Part shown: positions 51,322 to 59,294 of the stretch, piece after piece
Position numbering within the stretch: position 1 is the stretch's first letter
Layout: each line of letters starts with the position of its first letter
From: Brevibacterium sp.
GTDB lineage: Bacteria > Actinomycetota > Actinomycetes > Actinomycetales > Brevibacteriaceae
Reading direction: 5' to 3'
DNA: 64,000 nt
Assembly: GCF_031179145.1 (NCBI RefSeq)
Contig: NZ_JAPSIB010000001.1
Span: forward strand, 154,853-218,852
Program-made: the position numbers and the translations under genes
The notes under the pieces: generated by a model
The model's input: the letters and a program-made list of their open reading frames with translations, nothing else
Databases searched by the model: none
What the model was told of the DNA's origin: nothing

Positions 51322-52286
51322 GACTGCTCCTGTTCGGTGAGTTCGAGGAAGACGTCGTCGAGGGTGGCCCGCGCTATGCGCAGATCGTGCCCTCGACCGG
51401 TGGTCAGTATCGCGGCGGCCAGGGCGTCGGAATCCGCGGTGGTGAAGGTGACCTCGGCCCCCTGGACGCTGTCCACCTGTGCGTCATGGTCCCGGGCGAA
51501 GGACTCGGCGTCGCCCGGGACCGCGGACGCCGGGTCCGTGGCAGTCACCTCGGCGGCGGTCCACGTGCACGTCAGGGTCCGCGTGCGGGAGGCGGTGAGT
51601 TCGGCGACCGTGCCCTCGGCGTGGATCCGACCTGCGCGCATGAGCACGATGCGGTCAGCGAAGTCGGCGGCCTCGGTCAGGTAGTGGGTGGCGAAGACGA
51701 TGGTGCGTCCGCGTTCGGCCTCGGCGTGCATCGTCGCCCAGAACTCGGCCCGGGCACGGACGTCCATGCCAGCCGTCGGCTCGTCGAGGAAGAGGAGCTC
51801 GGGCTCGGTGAGGATCGCCAGGGCGAAGCGCAGACGCTGCCGCTCTCCGCCGGAGCACTTGACGACCTTGCGCTTGGCCAGGGGTTCGAGCCCGGATCGG
51901 GCGAGCACGGTGTCGATGGGCAGGGGATTGAGATGGCAGGCGGAGACCATCTTCAGGGTCTCGCCGACGGTGAGGTCATCGAGGAGACCGCCGATCTGCA
52001 GGACCGCCGAGGCGCGGCCGAGCCCGACGGCGCGCGCCGGGTCCTGTCCGAGGATGCTGATGGTTCCCGAGGAGGGGGCGGTGAACCCGAGGGCCATGTC
52101 GAGGAGAGTCGTCTTCCCGGCGCCGTTGGGACCGAGGAGGGCGACGACCTCGCCGCGTTCGATCCGCAGGTCGACGCCGTCGACGGCGCGCACGGTGCCG
52201 AAGCGGCGGCGCACCTGCTTGGCCTCGAGCGCAGGGGAGGTGGTCTCACGGTCATGGACGAGGGTGGGAGCGAGGTTCGTGGTCAT
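51318..52286 (-). CDS. ABC exporter ATP-binding protein
   Basis: GPNGAGKTT, CSGGERQR, LFLDEPT, THYL; ATG 52286. Confidence 0.95.
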   Translation of the reverse strand: MTTNLAPTLVHDRETTSPALEAKQVRRRFGTVRAVDGVDLRIERGEVVALLGPNGAGKTTLLDMALGFTAPSSGTISILGQDPARAVGLGRASAVLQIGGLLDDLTVGETLKMVSACHLNPLPIDTVLARSGLEPLAKRKVVKCSGGERQRLRFALAILTEPELLFLDEPTAGMDVRARAEFWATMHAEAERGRTIVFATHYLTEAADFADRIVLMRAGRIHAEGTVAELTASRTRTLTCTWTAAEVTATDPASAVPGDAESFARDHDAQVDSVQGAEVTFTTADSDALAAAILTTGRGHDLRIARATLDDVFLELTEQEQS

Positions 52287-52342
52287 GGCTCCAGCCTCGT
52301 CGCCGCGGCGGTCGCGCGGAACTGCCATCCGTCACGGTCTGA

Positions 52343-52360
52343 CCATGACAGTTGTCATGG
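52343..52360. promoter_or_regulatory. Palindrome CCATGACA-GT-TGTCATGG, probable response-regulator binding site
   Basis: Perfect 8-2-8 inverted repeat about 57 nt upstream of the ABC start. Confidence 0.6.
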
Positions 52361-52408
52361 CGCCGAGGTGCCGCACTGTCCGTGCAGTGCTGTACATTGG
52401 GAGTGTTC

Positions 52409-52479
52409 GCGGGCGTAGTTCATCGGTAGAACGTGACCTTCCCAAGGTCGAGAGGCGGGTTCGATTCCCGTCGCCCGCT
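52409..52479 (+). tRNA. tRNA-Gly (anticodon CCC), CCA not encoded
   Basis: GCGGGCG/CGCCCGC acceptor stem, TGACC-TTCCCAA-GGTCG anticodon arm, GGTTCGATTCC T-arm; TACATT box at 52393. Confidence 0.95.
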
Positions 52480-52501
52480 CGAGATGGCAGAGGTTCGACA
52501 C

Positions 52502-52536
52502 GACGAAGGCCGGTGGGAAACCCACCGGCCTTCGTC
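52502..52536. terminator. Bidirectional hairpin shared by the convergent tRNAs
   Basis: GACGAAGGCCGGTGGG-AAA-CCCACCGGCCTTCGTC perfect 16-bp stem. Confidence 0.8.
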
Positions 52537-52543
52537 ATTCCTG

Positions 52544-52625
52544 TACCGGATGTGGGACTCGAACCCACACGTCTTTCGACAATGCATTTTGAGTGCACCG
52601 CGTCTACCGATTCCGCCAATCCGGC
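52544..52625 (-). tRNA. tRNA-Leu (anticodon CAA), CCA not encoded
   Basis: Reverse complement GCCGGAT...GTGCA-CTCAAAA-TGCAT...long variable arm...GGTTCGAGTCC...ATCCGGTA. Confidence 0.95.
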
Positions 52626-52758
52626 CAGCGCGTAGTCAAGGATACGGCAGTCGCCGCCTGATGCACAATCGCACTCGACGGCGCTGTGGTCCGGCTCTCG
52701 TGGCTGTTTTCACAGAAGAAACCGCCTGCTGGCGCCCGGTGGGGCAGGGGGCCTGGTC

Positions 52759-52764
52759 TAGACT
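52759..52764 (+). promoter_or_regulatory. -10 box TAGACT, probable leaderless promoter of the ANTAR regulator
   Basis: 6 nt before GTG 52771. Confidence 0.6.
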
Positions 52765-52770
52765 GGGGTC

Positions 52771-53391
52771 GTGCTTTCAAACAGCGAACAACCAACTTCA
52801 GATGAGTCCGTGCCGGTTCGGCGTGTGGTCGTAGCAGAAGACGAAGCGGTGATCCGTCTCGACATCGTCGAGATGCTGCGCGAAGTCGGCTACGACGTCG
52901 TCGGCGAGGCCGCGGACGGAGAATCCGCGATCCGCCTGGCCGAGGAGCTGCGTCCCGACCTCGTCGTGATGGACATCAAGATGCCGATCCTCGACGGAAT
53001 CTCCGCCGCGGAGCGCATCGCCCGGGCCCGCATCGCCCCCGTCGTCCTCCTCACCGCGTTCTCGCAGAAGGAACTCGTCGAACGCGCCCGCGACGCCGGC
53101 GCCATGGCCTATGTGGTCAAGCCGTTCACCGCGGCCGATCTGCTGCCGGCCCTCGAGATCGCCCTCTCACGGCACGCCGAGATCAGCTCCCTGGAGTCCG
53201 AGATCTCCGACCTGACGGAACGCTTCGAGACCCGCAAGCTCGTCGAGCGCGCCAAGAGCCTGCTCCAGACCTCGATGGGTCTGAGCGAGCCGGAGGCGTT
53301 CCGGTGGATCCAGAAGACCTCGATGGATCGTCGTCTGACCATGCGCGAAGTCGCCGAGACCGTCCTCAAGCAGATCGGTTCGAAGAAGTAG
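52771..53391 (+). CDS. pdtaR: ANTAR-domain response regulator (PdtaR/Rv1626-like)
   Basis: VVAEDE.VIRLD, DIKMP.LDG, TAFSQ, YVVKPF; ANTAR RKLVERAK.LL......SEPEAFRWIQKTSMDRR. Confidence 0.92.
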   Translation: MLSNSEQPTSDESVPVRRVVVAEDEAVIRLDIVEMLREVGYDVVGEAADGESAIRLAEELRPDLVVMDIKMPILDGISAAERIARARIAPVVLLTAFSQKELVERARDAGAMAYVVKPFTAADLLPALEIALSRHAEISSLESEISDLTERFETRKLVERAKSLLQTSMGLSEPEAFRWIQKTSMDRRLTMREVAETVLKQIGSKK

Positions 53392-53414
53392 TCGAACCCG
53401 ACAACCAGCACCGC

Positions 53415-53445
53415 CGAAGCCTGCGACCCTGAGTCGCAGGCTTCG
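53415..53445. terminator. Bidirectional hairpin between convergent pdtaR and thioesterase
   Basis: CGAAGCCTGCGAC-CCTGA-GTCGCAGGCTTCG. Confidence 0.75.
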
Positions 53446-53453
53446 ACTCATCC

Positions 53454-53504
53454 CGGCCGCGGCGTCACTTCGGCGCCGGCGTACGGCCGCAGCGTCACTT
53501 CGGC
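53454..53504. repeat. 21-bp direct repeat (period 30) spanning the thioesterase stop
   Basis: cggccgcRgcgtcacttcggc at 53454 and 53484. Confidence 0.85.
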
Positions 53505-53953
53505 TCTGTCCGCAGGATCATGTTCGTGATCCGCACGATCGAGAGCAGGCGGCCCGCCTCGTCGCGCATCTTCACCTCATGGGAGACGATCGTGCGGCCC
53601 TGATGGAGCACCTCGGCGGTGCCGATGACGTGCCCCTCGCGGATCGCGCGCAGGTGCGTGGCATTGAGGTCGACGCCGACGACGTTCTTCCCGCCGGAGA
53701 TGAGGAAGGAGTGCATCGACGCCAGTGACTCCGCCAGCACCACATGCGCACCGCCATGGAAGAGACCCATCGGCTGGGTGTTGCCCTCGACGGGAGCCGT
53801 CGCGCTCATGTGGTCATGTCCCAGATCGGTGAACTCGATCCCCATCCGCGCGACCAGACCGGTGCTCGCCTCCTCCTCGGCCAGCTGCCGAAGGAGGAGG
53901 CGGCACCCGTCCTCGTCGGTGTCTGCGGTGAGGGTGAGGGCCGGTCGGAACAT
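53495..53953 (-). CDS. PaaI/hotdog-fold thioesterase (possibly MenI/YdiI-like)
   Basis: NTQPMGLFHGGAHVVLAESLAS, VGVDLNATHLR. Confidence 0.88.
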   Translation of the reverse strand: MFRPALTLTADTDEDGCRLLLRQLAEEEASTGLVARMGIEFTDLGHDHMSATAPVEGNTQPMGLFHGGAHVVLAESLASMHSFLISGGKNVVGVDLNATHLRAIREGHVIGTAEVLHQGRTIVSHEVKMRDEAGRLLSIVRITNMILRTEPK

Positions 53954-53965
53954 GGTTCTCCTTCG

Positions 53966-53987
53966 CGTCGGTGTTGACCGTTAGGCT
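53966..53987 (+). promoter_or_regulatory. RecA-NDp/PafBC-like promoter CGTCGG-N10-TAGGCT, leaderless polA
   Basis: One mismatch to TGTCRG-N10-TANNNT; -10 lies 7 nt before GTG 53995. Confidence 0.65.
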
Positions 53988-53994
53988 ATGTCAT

Positions 53995-56658
53995 GTGAGT
54001 CAAGCAAACGAATCCCTCCTGCTCATCGACGGACACTCCCTGGCCTACCGGGCATTCCACGCCCTGCCAGTCGAGAACTTCGCCACGAGCACCGGTCAGC
54101 CGACGAACGCCATCTACGGTTTCATCTCGATGCTCATCAACGTCCTCCGCGACGAAGCGCCCACCCACGTGGCCGTGGCCTTCGACCTCGGCCGGCAGAC
54201 GTTCCGCCTCGAGGAGTACCCCGAGTACAAGGCCGGCCGGGCGAAGACGGCACCGGAGTTCCACCCGCAGATCGACCTCATCAAGGACATCGTCACGGCG
54301 ATGGGGATCCGGGTCGTGACGAAGGAGGGCTTCGAAGCCGACGATGCGCTGGCGACGATGACCCGGATGGGCACCGAGGCCGGAGCCGCCGTCCAGGTGA
54401 TGACCGGGGACAAGGACTCGTTCCAGCTGGCCGGTCCCGCGGTGACGATCCTCTACCCCAAGCGCGGAGTCAGCGATCTGGTGCGGATGACCCCCGCGGC
54501 GATCGAGGAGAAGTACGGGGTCACCCCCGCCAACTACCGCGGCCTCGCCGCTCTCGTCGGGGAGAAGGCCGACAACCTCCCTGGCGTTCCCGGGGTCGGC
54601 GACAAGACCGCGGCGAAATGGCTGCGCGCCCACGGCGACCTGCCCGGGGTCATCGCCAACGCCGAGTCCATCGGCGGCAAGGTCGGGGAGAAACTGCGGG
54701 AGAACCTCGACGCCGTCGAGCGCAACTACCGGCTCAACCGCCTCCTCGACGACCTCGACCTCGGCCTCGGCTATGCCGACCTGCGCTGGGGAGAAGGTGA
54801 TCCGGCCGAGCTCTCCAGTCTTTTCGACCAGCTCGAGTTCCAGGCTCTCGGCAAGAGGCTGAGCGCGATCTTCGGTGAGACCGTCGCCGCCGAGGCGAGC
54901 GGACCCGAACGGGAGGTGACGATCGAGACCGTGACCGTCACGCGCCTGCTCGAGGCGATCGCCGACGCCGACATCCTCGCCGTCGATTCGGACGCCCGCT
55001 TCGTCCTCGGCCACGGCGATGTGCGCATCCTCGCCGTGTCCCACACCCCGACCGAAGCGTTCGTCGCCGACATCGCCGAGGCGAGCGAAGCCGAGATCGC
55101 CGCGCTCGGCACCGCCCTGCGCGCGAAAGCCCTCATCCTCCACAGCGCGAAGACGCAGATCAAGGCCTGGCGATCGCTGGGGATCACCGTCGACGCGATC
55201 GCCGGGGACACGGCCCTGGCCGCGTACCTGCTGGTGCCCGACGCCCGCACCTACGAACTGTCCCAGATCGCCGCGGAACGTGCGGGCATCGATCTCGCCG
55301 AGGCAGTCACCGGGGCCCCGCAGCTCGCCCTCGACCTTGAGACCGACGAGACCGCGCAGACGCTGGGCCGGCGCGCCGCCGCTCTCCTCGAGGTCCACGA
55401 GGTGCTTGCCGCCGCGGTCGATACGGCGAACATGAATCAGGTCTACCGCGACATCGAACTCCCGCTCGTGCCGGTGCTCGCCGATATGGAGATCTCCGGC
55501 ATCGCCATCGACGAGCAGGGGCTGCGCGACCTCATCGACGACTTCACGCAGCAGGCGATCGCCAGCGCGGAGCTCGCCTATGCCGCGATCGGGCACGAGG
55601 TCAACCTCGGTTCGCCCAAGCAGTTGCAGGCGGTCCTGTTCGACGAGCTCGACATGCCGAAGACGAAGAAGACGAAGACGGGGTACACGACCGACGCCGA
55701 GGCGCTGGCCGAGCTCTTCGTCAAGACCGAGCACCCGTTCCTCGCGCATCTGCTCGCCAACCGGGACGCCACGAAGCTCAAGCAGACCGTCGTGGGACTG
55801 CAGAAGACCGTGGCCGACGACGGGCGCATCCACACCACGTATCAGCAGACGGTGGCGGCGACCGGGCGTCTGTCCTCGCTCGACCCGAACCTGCAGAACA
55901 TTCCGGTGCGGACCGAATCGGGCCGGCGCATCCGCAACATCTTCGTCGCTGATCCGCACGTCGCAGGGGCTCTGCTCCTGACCGCCGACTACTCGCAGAT
56001 CGAGATGCGGATCATGGCCCACCTGTCCGGTGACGCCGCACTCATCCAGGCCTTCCGGGAAGGGGAGGACCTGCACTCCTATGTCGGTTCGAAGGTCTTC
56101 GGCGTCGGCATCGACGAGGTCGACTCCGCGATGCGCTCGAAGGTCAAGGCGATGTCCTACGGACTGGTCTACGGACTCTCGGCCTACGGCCTGTCCCGCC
56201 AGCTGGCGATCGGCGTCGACGAGGCGAAGGCCCTGATGAGTCAGTACTTCGAACGCTTCGGGTCGGTCAAGGAGTACCTCGACGAGATTGTCGAACAGGC
56301 TCGGGTGAAGGGCTTCACGGAGACGATCATGGGACGTCGGCGGTACCTGCCCGCACTCCACAGCGACCGCCGGCAGCTGCGCGACATGGCCGAACGCGCC
56401 GCCCTCAACGCCCCGATCCAGGGGTCGGCGGCCGACATCATGAAGATCGCGATGCTGCGCGTCGCCGACCGGCTGGCCGGCCATCGGTCCCGGATGCTGC
56501 TCCAGGTCCATGACGAGATCATCGTCGACCTCCACCCGGAGGAGGGCGACGAGGTCAAGGCGATCGTCACCGAGGAGATGGGTTCGGCCTTCGAGCTCGA
56601 CGTCCCCCTCGACGTCAACCTCGGCACCGGAACCTCCTGGCACGCCGCCGCCCACTGA
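53995..56658 (+). CDS. polA: DNA polymerase I
   Basis: LLIDGHSLAYRAF, FEADD, GDKD, GEKADNLPGVPGVG, TGRLSS.DPNLQNIP, ADYSQIEMR, YGLS, NAPIQGSAAD, LQVHDE. Confidence 0.99.
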   Translation: MSQANESLLLIDGHSLAYRAFHALPVENFATSTGQPTNAIYGFISMLINVLRDEAPTHVAVAFDLGRQTFRLEEYPEYKAGRAKTAPEFHPQIDLIKDIVTAMGIRVVTKEGFEADDALATMTRMGTEAGAAVQVMTGDKDSFQLAGPAVTILYPKRGVSDLVRMTPAAIEEKYGVTPANYRGLAALVGEKADNLPGVPGVGDKTAAKWLRAHGDLPGVIANAESIGGKVGEKLRENLDAVERNYRLNRLLDDLDLGLGYADLRWGEGDPAELSSLFDQLEFQALGKRLSAIFGETVAAEASGPEREVTIETVTVTRLLEAIADADILAVDSDARFVLGHGDVRILAVSHTPTEAFVADIAEASEAEIAALGTALRAKALILHSAKTQIKAWRSLGITVDAIAGDTALAAYLLVPDARTYELSQIAAERAGIDLAEAVTGAPQLALDLETDETAQTLGRRAAALLEVHEVLAAAVDTANMNQVYRDIELPLVPVLADMEISGIAIDEQGLRDLIDDFTQQAIASAELAYAAIGHEVNLGSPKQLQAVLFDELDMPKTKKTKTGYTTDAEALAELFVKTEHPFLAHLLANRDATKLKQTVVGLQKTVADDGRIHTTYQQTVAATGRLSSLDPNLQNIPVRTESGRRIRNIFVADPHVAGALLLTADYSQIEMRIMAHLSGDAALIQAFREGEDLHSYVGSKVFGVGIDEVDSAMRSKVKAMSYGLVYGLSAYGLSRQLAIGVDEAKALMSQYFERFGSVKEYLDEIVEQARVKGFTETIMGRRRYLPALHSDRRQLRDMAERAALNAPIQGSAADIMKIAMLRVADRLAGHRSRMLLQVHDEIIVDLHPEEGDEVKAIVTEEMGSAFELDVPLDVNLGTGTSWHAAAH

Positions 56659-56689
56659 GGCGGCAGGGTCGTGTCCTCGGCCTCACCGG

Positions 56690-56725
56690 GTCGTGCGTTT
56701 CAGTCCTGTCGTGCGCGTCAGTCCT
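56690..56725. repeat. 18-bp tandem duplication spanning the methyltransferase stop
   Basis: gtcgtgcgtttcagtcct / gtcgtgcgcgtcagtcct (16/18 identical). Confidence 0.8.
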
Positions 56726-57557
56726 TGTGCAGGGTCGTCGAGAAGATCACGGTGCCGGGCATCAGGGCCCCGCGCAGGGGAGACCAGCCGCCCCAGGCGG
56801 TCTGATTCGACTCCGGCCACTCCGGTTCGGTCACGGAGTCGATCGTGAAGCCGGCGGTCACCAGCAGACTGACCCAGTCGCCCACCGTGCGGTGGTGCTC
56901 GGCGTAGACCGGCTGCCCCTCGGAGGAGATCTCGACGTACGGGGTCCGGTCGAAGTAGGAGTACTCGACGGTCAGCCCCGCCTCGCCGGGGACGTCGGGG
57001 AACATCCAGCGGATCGGGTGGGTCGTCGAGAACACCCACCGGCCGCCGGGACGGACGACGCGGGCCACCTCGGCGAGGACCACCTCGGCGTCCTTGACGA
57101 AGGGCAGGGCGCCGTAGGAGGAGAACGCGATGTCGAAGCTGTTCGAGGCGAACGGCAGCTGCCGGGCGTCGGCGTGGAGGAACGTCGGGGGAGTGGCGTC
57201 GGCGCTGAGCGGGTGCTCCCGCTGGAGGAGGGAGGCCTGCTCGAGCATGCCGGCGGACACATCGACTCCGGTGGCGATCGCTCCCTGCTCGGCGAGCCAG
57301 CGTGAGCACTGCCCGGCCCCGCAGCCGACCTCGAGGATCTGCTTGCGCCGTACCTCGCCGAGGAGGCCGAGATCGGATTCGTGGATGCCCTCGGGACCCC
57401 ACATGAACTCCGAGGCGCCGAGGAAGCTGCCGTGTTCGGCGAGGTAGTCCTCGGCCGAATTGTCCCAGTAGCTCCTGTTCGCCCGCACCGAGGCTTCCTC
57501 ATCGATGGGCAGGTATCCGCCGCTGACGACCTCCGTCCGATAACTTCCGTCGCTCAT
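56718..57557 (-). CDS. Class I SAM-dependent methyltransferase
   Basis: ILEVGCGAGQCSRWL, GVDVS.GML, FDIAFSSYGA, VVRPGG; usual gene between polA and rpsA. Confidence 0.92.
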   Translation of the reverse strand: MSDGSYRTEVVSGGYLPIDEEASVRANRSYWDNSAEDYLAEHGSFLGASEFMWGPEGIHESDLGLLGEVRRKQILEVGCGAGQCSRWLAEQGAIATGVDVSAGMLEQASLLQREHPLSADATPPTFLHADARQLPFASNSFDIAFSSYGALPFVKDAEVVLAEVARVVRPGGRWVFSTTHPIRWMFPDVPGEAGLTVEYSYFDRTPYVEISSEGQPVYAEHHRTVGDWVSLLVTAGFTIDSVTEPEWPESNQTAWGGWSPLRGALMPGTVIFSTTLHKD

Positions 57558-57766
57558 CGTTCCTCCGTGGCGGATAATTTTTTTCGACGGCGTGCATTCA
57601 CGCCGTGGATGATGCTAGTATTGACAACCGTATGCGCTTATGCATGCGAGTCCAAAATCGTAATCGAGACCGGAGACGTACCCTCGGGCCGAACTCATGA
57701 CGATCTCATGACCAAGCTCCAAGAGTATCGGATCTGGACCATAATTCCATCGGAGTCCCTACCTAT

Positions 57767-59245
57767 ATGACCACCACCACGCCGGAATCGGTGCAGCCGA
57801 AGCAGGTCGCTGTCAACGACATCGGAACCGCTGAGGACTTTCTCGCCGCCGTCGACGAGACGATCAAATACTTCAACGATGGCGACATCGTCGAGGGCAC
57901 CGTCGTCAAGGTCGATCGCGACGAAGTCCTCGTCGACATCGGATACAAGACGGAAGGCGTCGTCCTTTCACGTGAACTCTCCATCAAGCACGATGTCGAT
58001 CCCGGCGAAGTCGTCGAGGTCGGGGACGAGATCGAGGCCCTCGTTCTTCAGAAGGAAGACAAAGAAGGCCGCCTCATGCTGTCCAAGAAGCGTGCGCAGT
58101 ACGAGCGCGCCTGGGGCGACATCGAGAAGATCAAGGAAGAGGACGGAGTCGTCACCGGCACCGTCATCGAGGTCGTCAAGGGCGGCCTGATCGTCGACAT
58201 CGGACTGCGCGGCTTCCTGCCCGCCTCGCTCGTCGAGATGCGCCGTGTCCGCGATCTGGCTCCTTACATCGGCCAGCAGGTCGAAGCCAAGATCATCGAA
58301 CTGGACAAGAACCGCAACAACGTCGTTCTGTCCCGTCGCGCCTGGCTCGAGCAGACCCAGTCCGAGGTTCGCCACACCTTCCTGCAGACCCTGCAGAAGG
58401 GCCAGGTGCGTCCCGGTGTCGTCTCCTCGATCGTCAACTTCGGTGCGTTCGTCGACCTCGGTGGTGTCGATGGACTCGTCCACGTCTCCGAACTCTCCTG
58501 GAAGCACATCGATCACCCCGGTGAGGTCGTCACCGTCGGTGACGAGGTCACCGTCGAGGTCCTCGACGTCGACATGGACCGCGAACGCGTCTCCCTCTCG
58601 CTCAAGGCGACCCAAGAAGACCCGTGGCAGCACTTCGCCCGCACCCACGTCATCGGTCAGATCGTTCCCGGCAAGGTCACCAAGCTGGTTCCCTTCGGTG
58701 CGTTCGTGCGCGTCGAGGACGGCATCGAAGGCCTCGTCCACATCTCCGAACTCGCCGTTCGCCACGTGGATCTGCCGGAGCAGGTCGTCTCCGTCGACGA
58801 GACCATCTACGTCAAGGTCATCGACATCGACCTCGAACGTCGCCGCATCTCGCTGTCGCTGAAGCAGGCGAACGAAGGCGTCGACCCCGAGGCCGAAGAG
58901 TTCCTCGACCCGGCTCTCTACGGCATGCCGCAGGAGTACGACGAAGAGGGCAACTACAAGTACCCCGAAGGCTTCGATCCCGAGACCAACGAATGGATGG
59001 AAGGCTTCGAAGCACAGCGCGAGATCTGGGAGCAGCAGTACGCCGCCGCCCAGGCCCGCTGGGAAGAGCACAAGAAGCAGGTCGCCAAGGCTGCGGCTGC
59101 GGACGCCGAAGCAGGCGCCGCGGACTCCGCCGTCGAAGCGGCTCCGGCCACCGGATCGTTCTCCTCGGAAGAGGCGGCCGACGAGGGCACCCTGGCCAGC
59201 GACGAAGCTCTTGCCGCACTGCGTGAGAAGCTTGCAGGCAGCTGA
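57767..59245 (+). CDS. rpsA: 30S ribosomal protein S1
   Basis: VAVNDIG..EDFLAAVD, four S1 repeats, C-terminal GTLASDEALAALREKL. Confidence 0.99.
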   Translation: MTTTTPESVQPKQVAVNDIGTAEDFLAAVDETIKYFNDGDIVEGTVVKVDRDEVLVDIGYKTEGVVLSRELSIKHDVDPGEVVEVGDEIEALVLQKEDKEGRLMLSKKRAQYERAWGDIEKIKEEDGVVTGTVIEVVKGGLIVDIGLRGFLPASLVEMRRVRDLAPYIGQQVEAKIIELDKNRNNVVLSRRAWLEQTQSEVRHTFLQTLQKGQVRPGVVSSIVNFGAFVDLGGVDGLVHVSELSWKHIDHPGEVVTVGDEVTVEVLDVDMDRERVSLSLKATQEDPWQHFARTHVIGQIVPGKVTKLVPFGAFVRVEDGIEGLVHISELAVRHVDLPEQVVSVDETIYVKVIDIDLERRRISLSLKQANEGVDPEAEEFLDPALYGMPQEYDEEGNYKYPEGFDPETNEWMEGFEAQREIWEQQYAAAQARWEEHKKQVAKAAAADAEAGAADSAVEAAPATGSFSSEEAADEGTLASDEALAALREKLAGS

Positions 59246-59255
59246 CAGCAGCACT

Positions 59256-59294
59256 CACGAGGGCTCCCGGTTCACCGACCGGGGGCCCTTCGTG
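59256..59294 (+). terminator. rpsA terminator hairpin
   Basis: CACGAGGGCTCCCGGT...ACCGGGGGCCCTTCGTG inverted repeat. Confidence 0.7.

Noticed and set aside
46830-52544. Integrative island inserted at tRNA-Leu or tRNA-Gly
   Set aside because: No integrase, no duplicated tRNA 3' end, no obvious compositional shift
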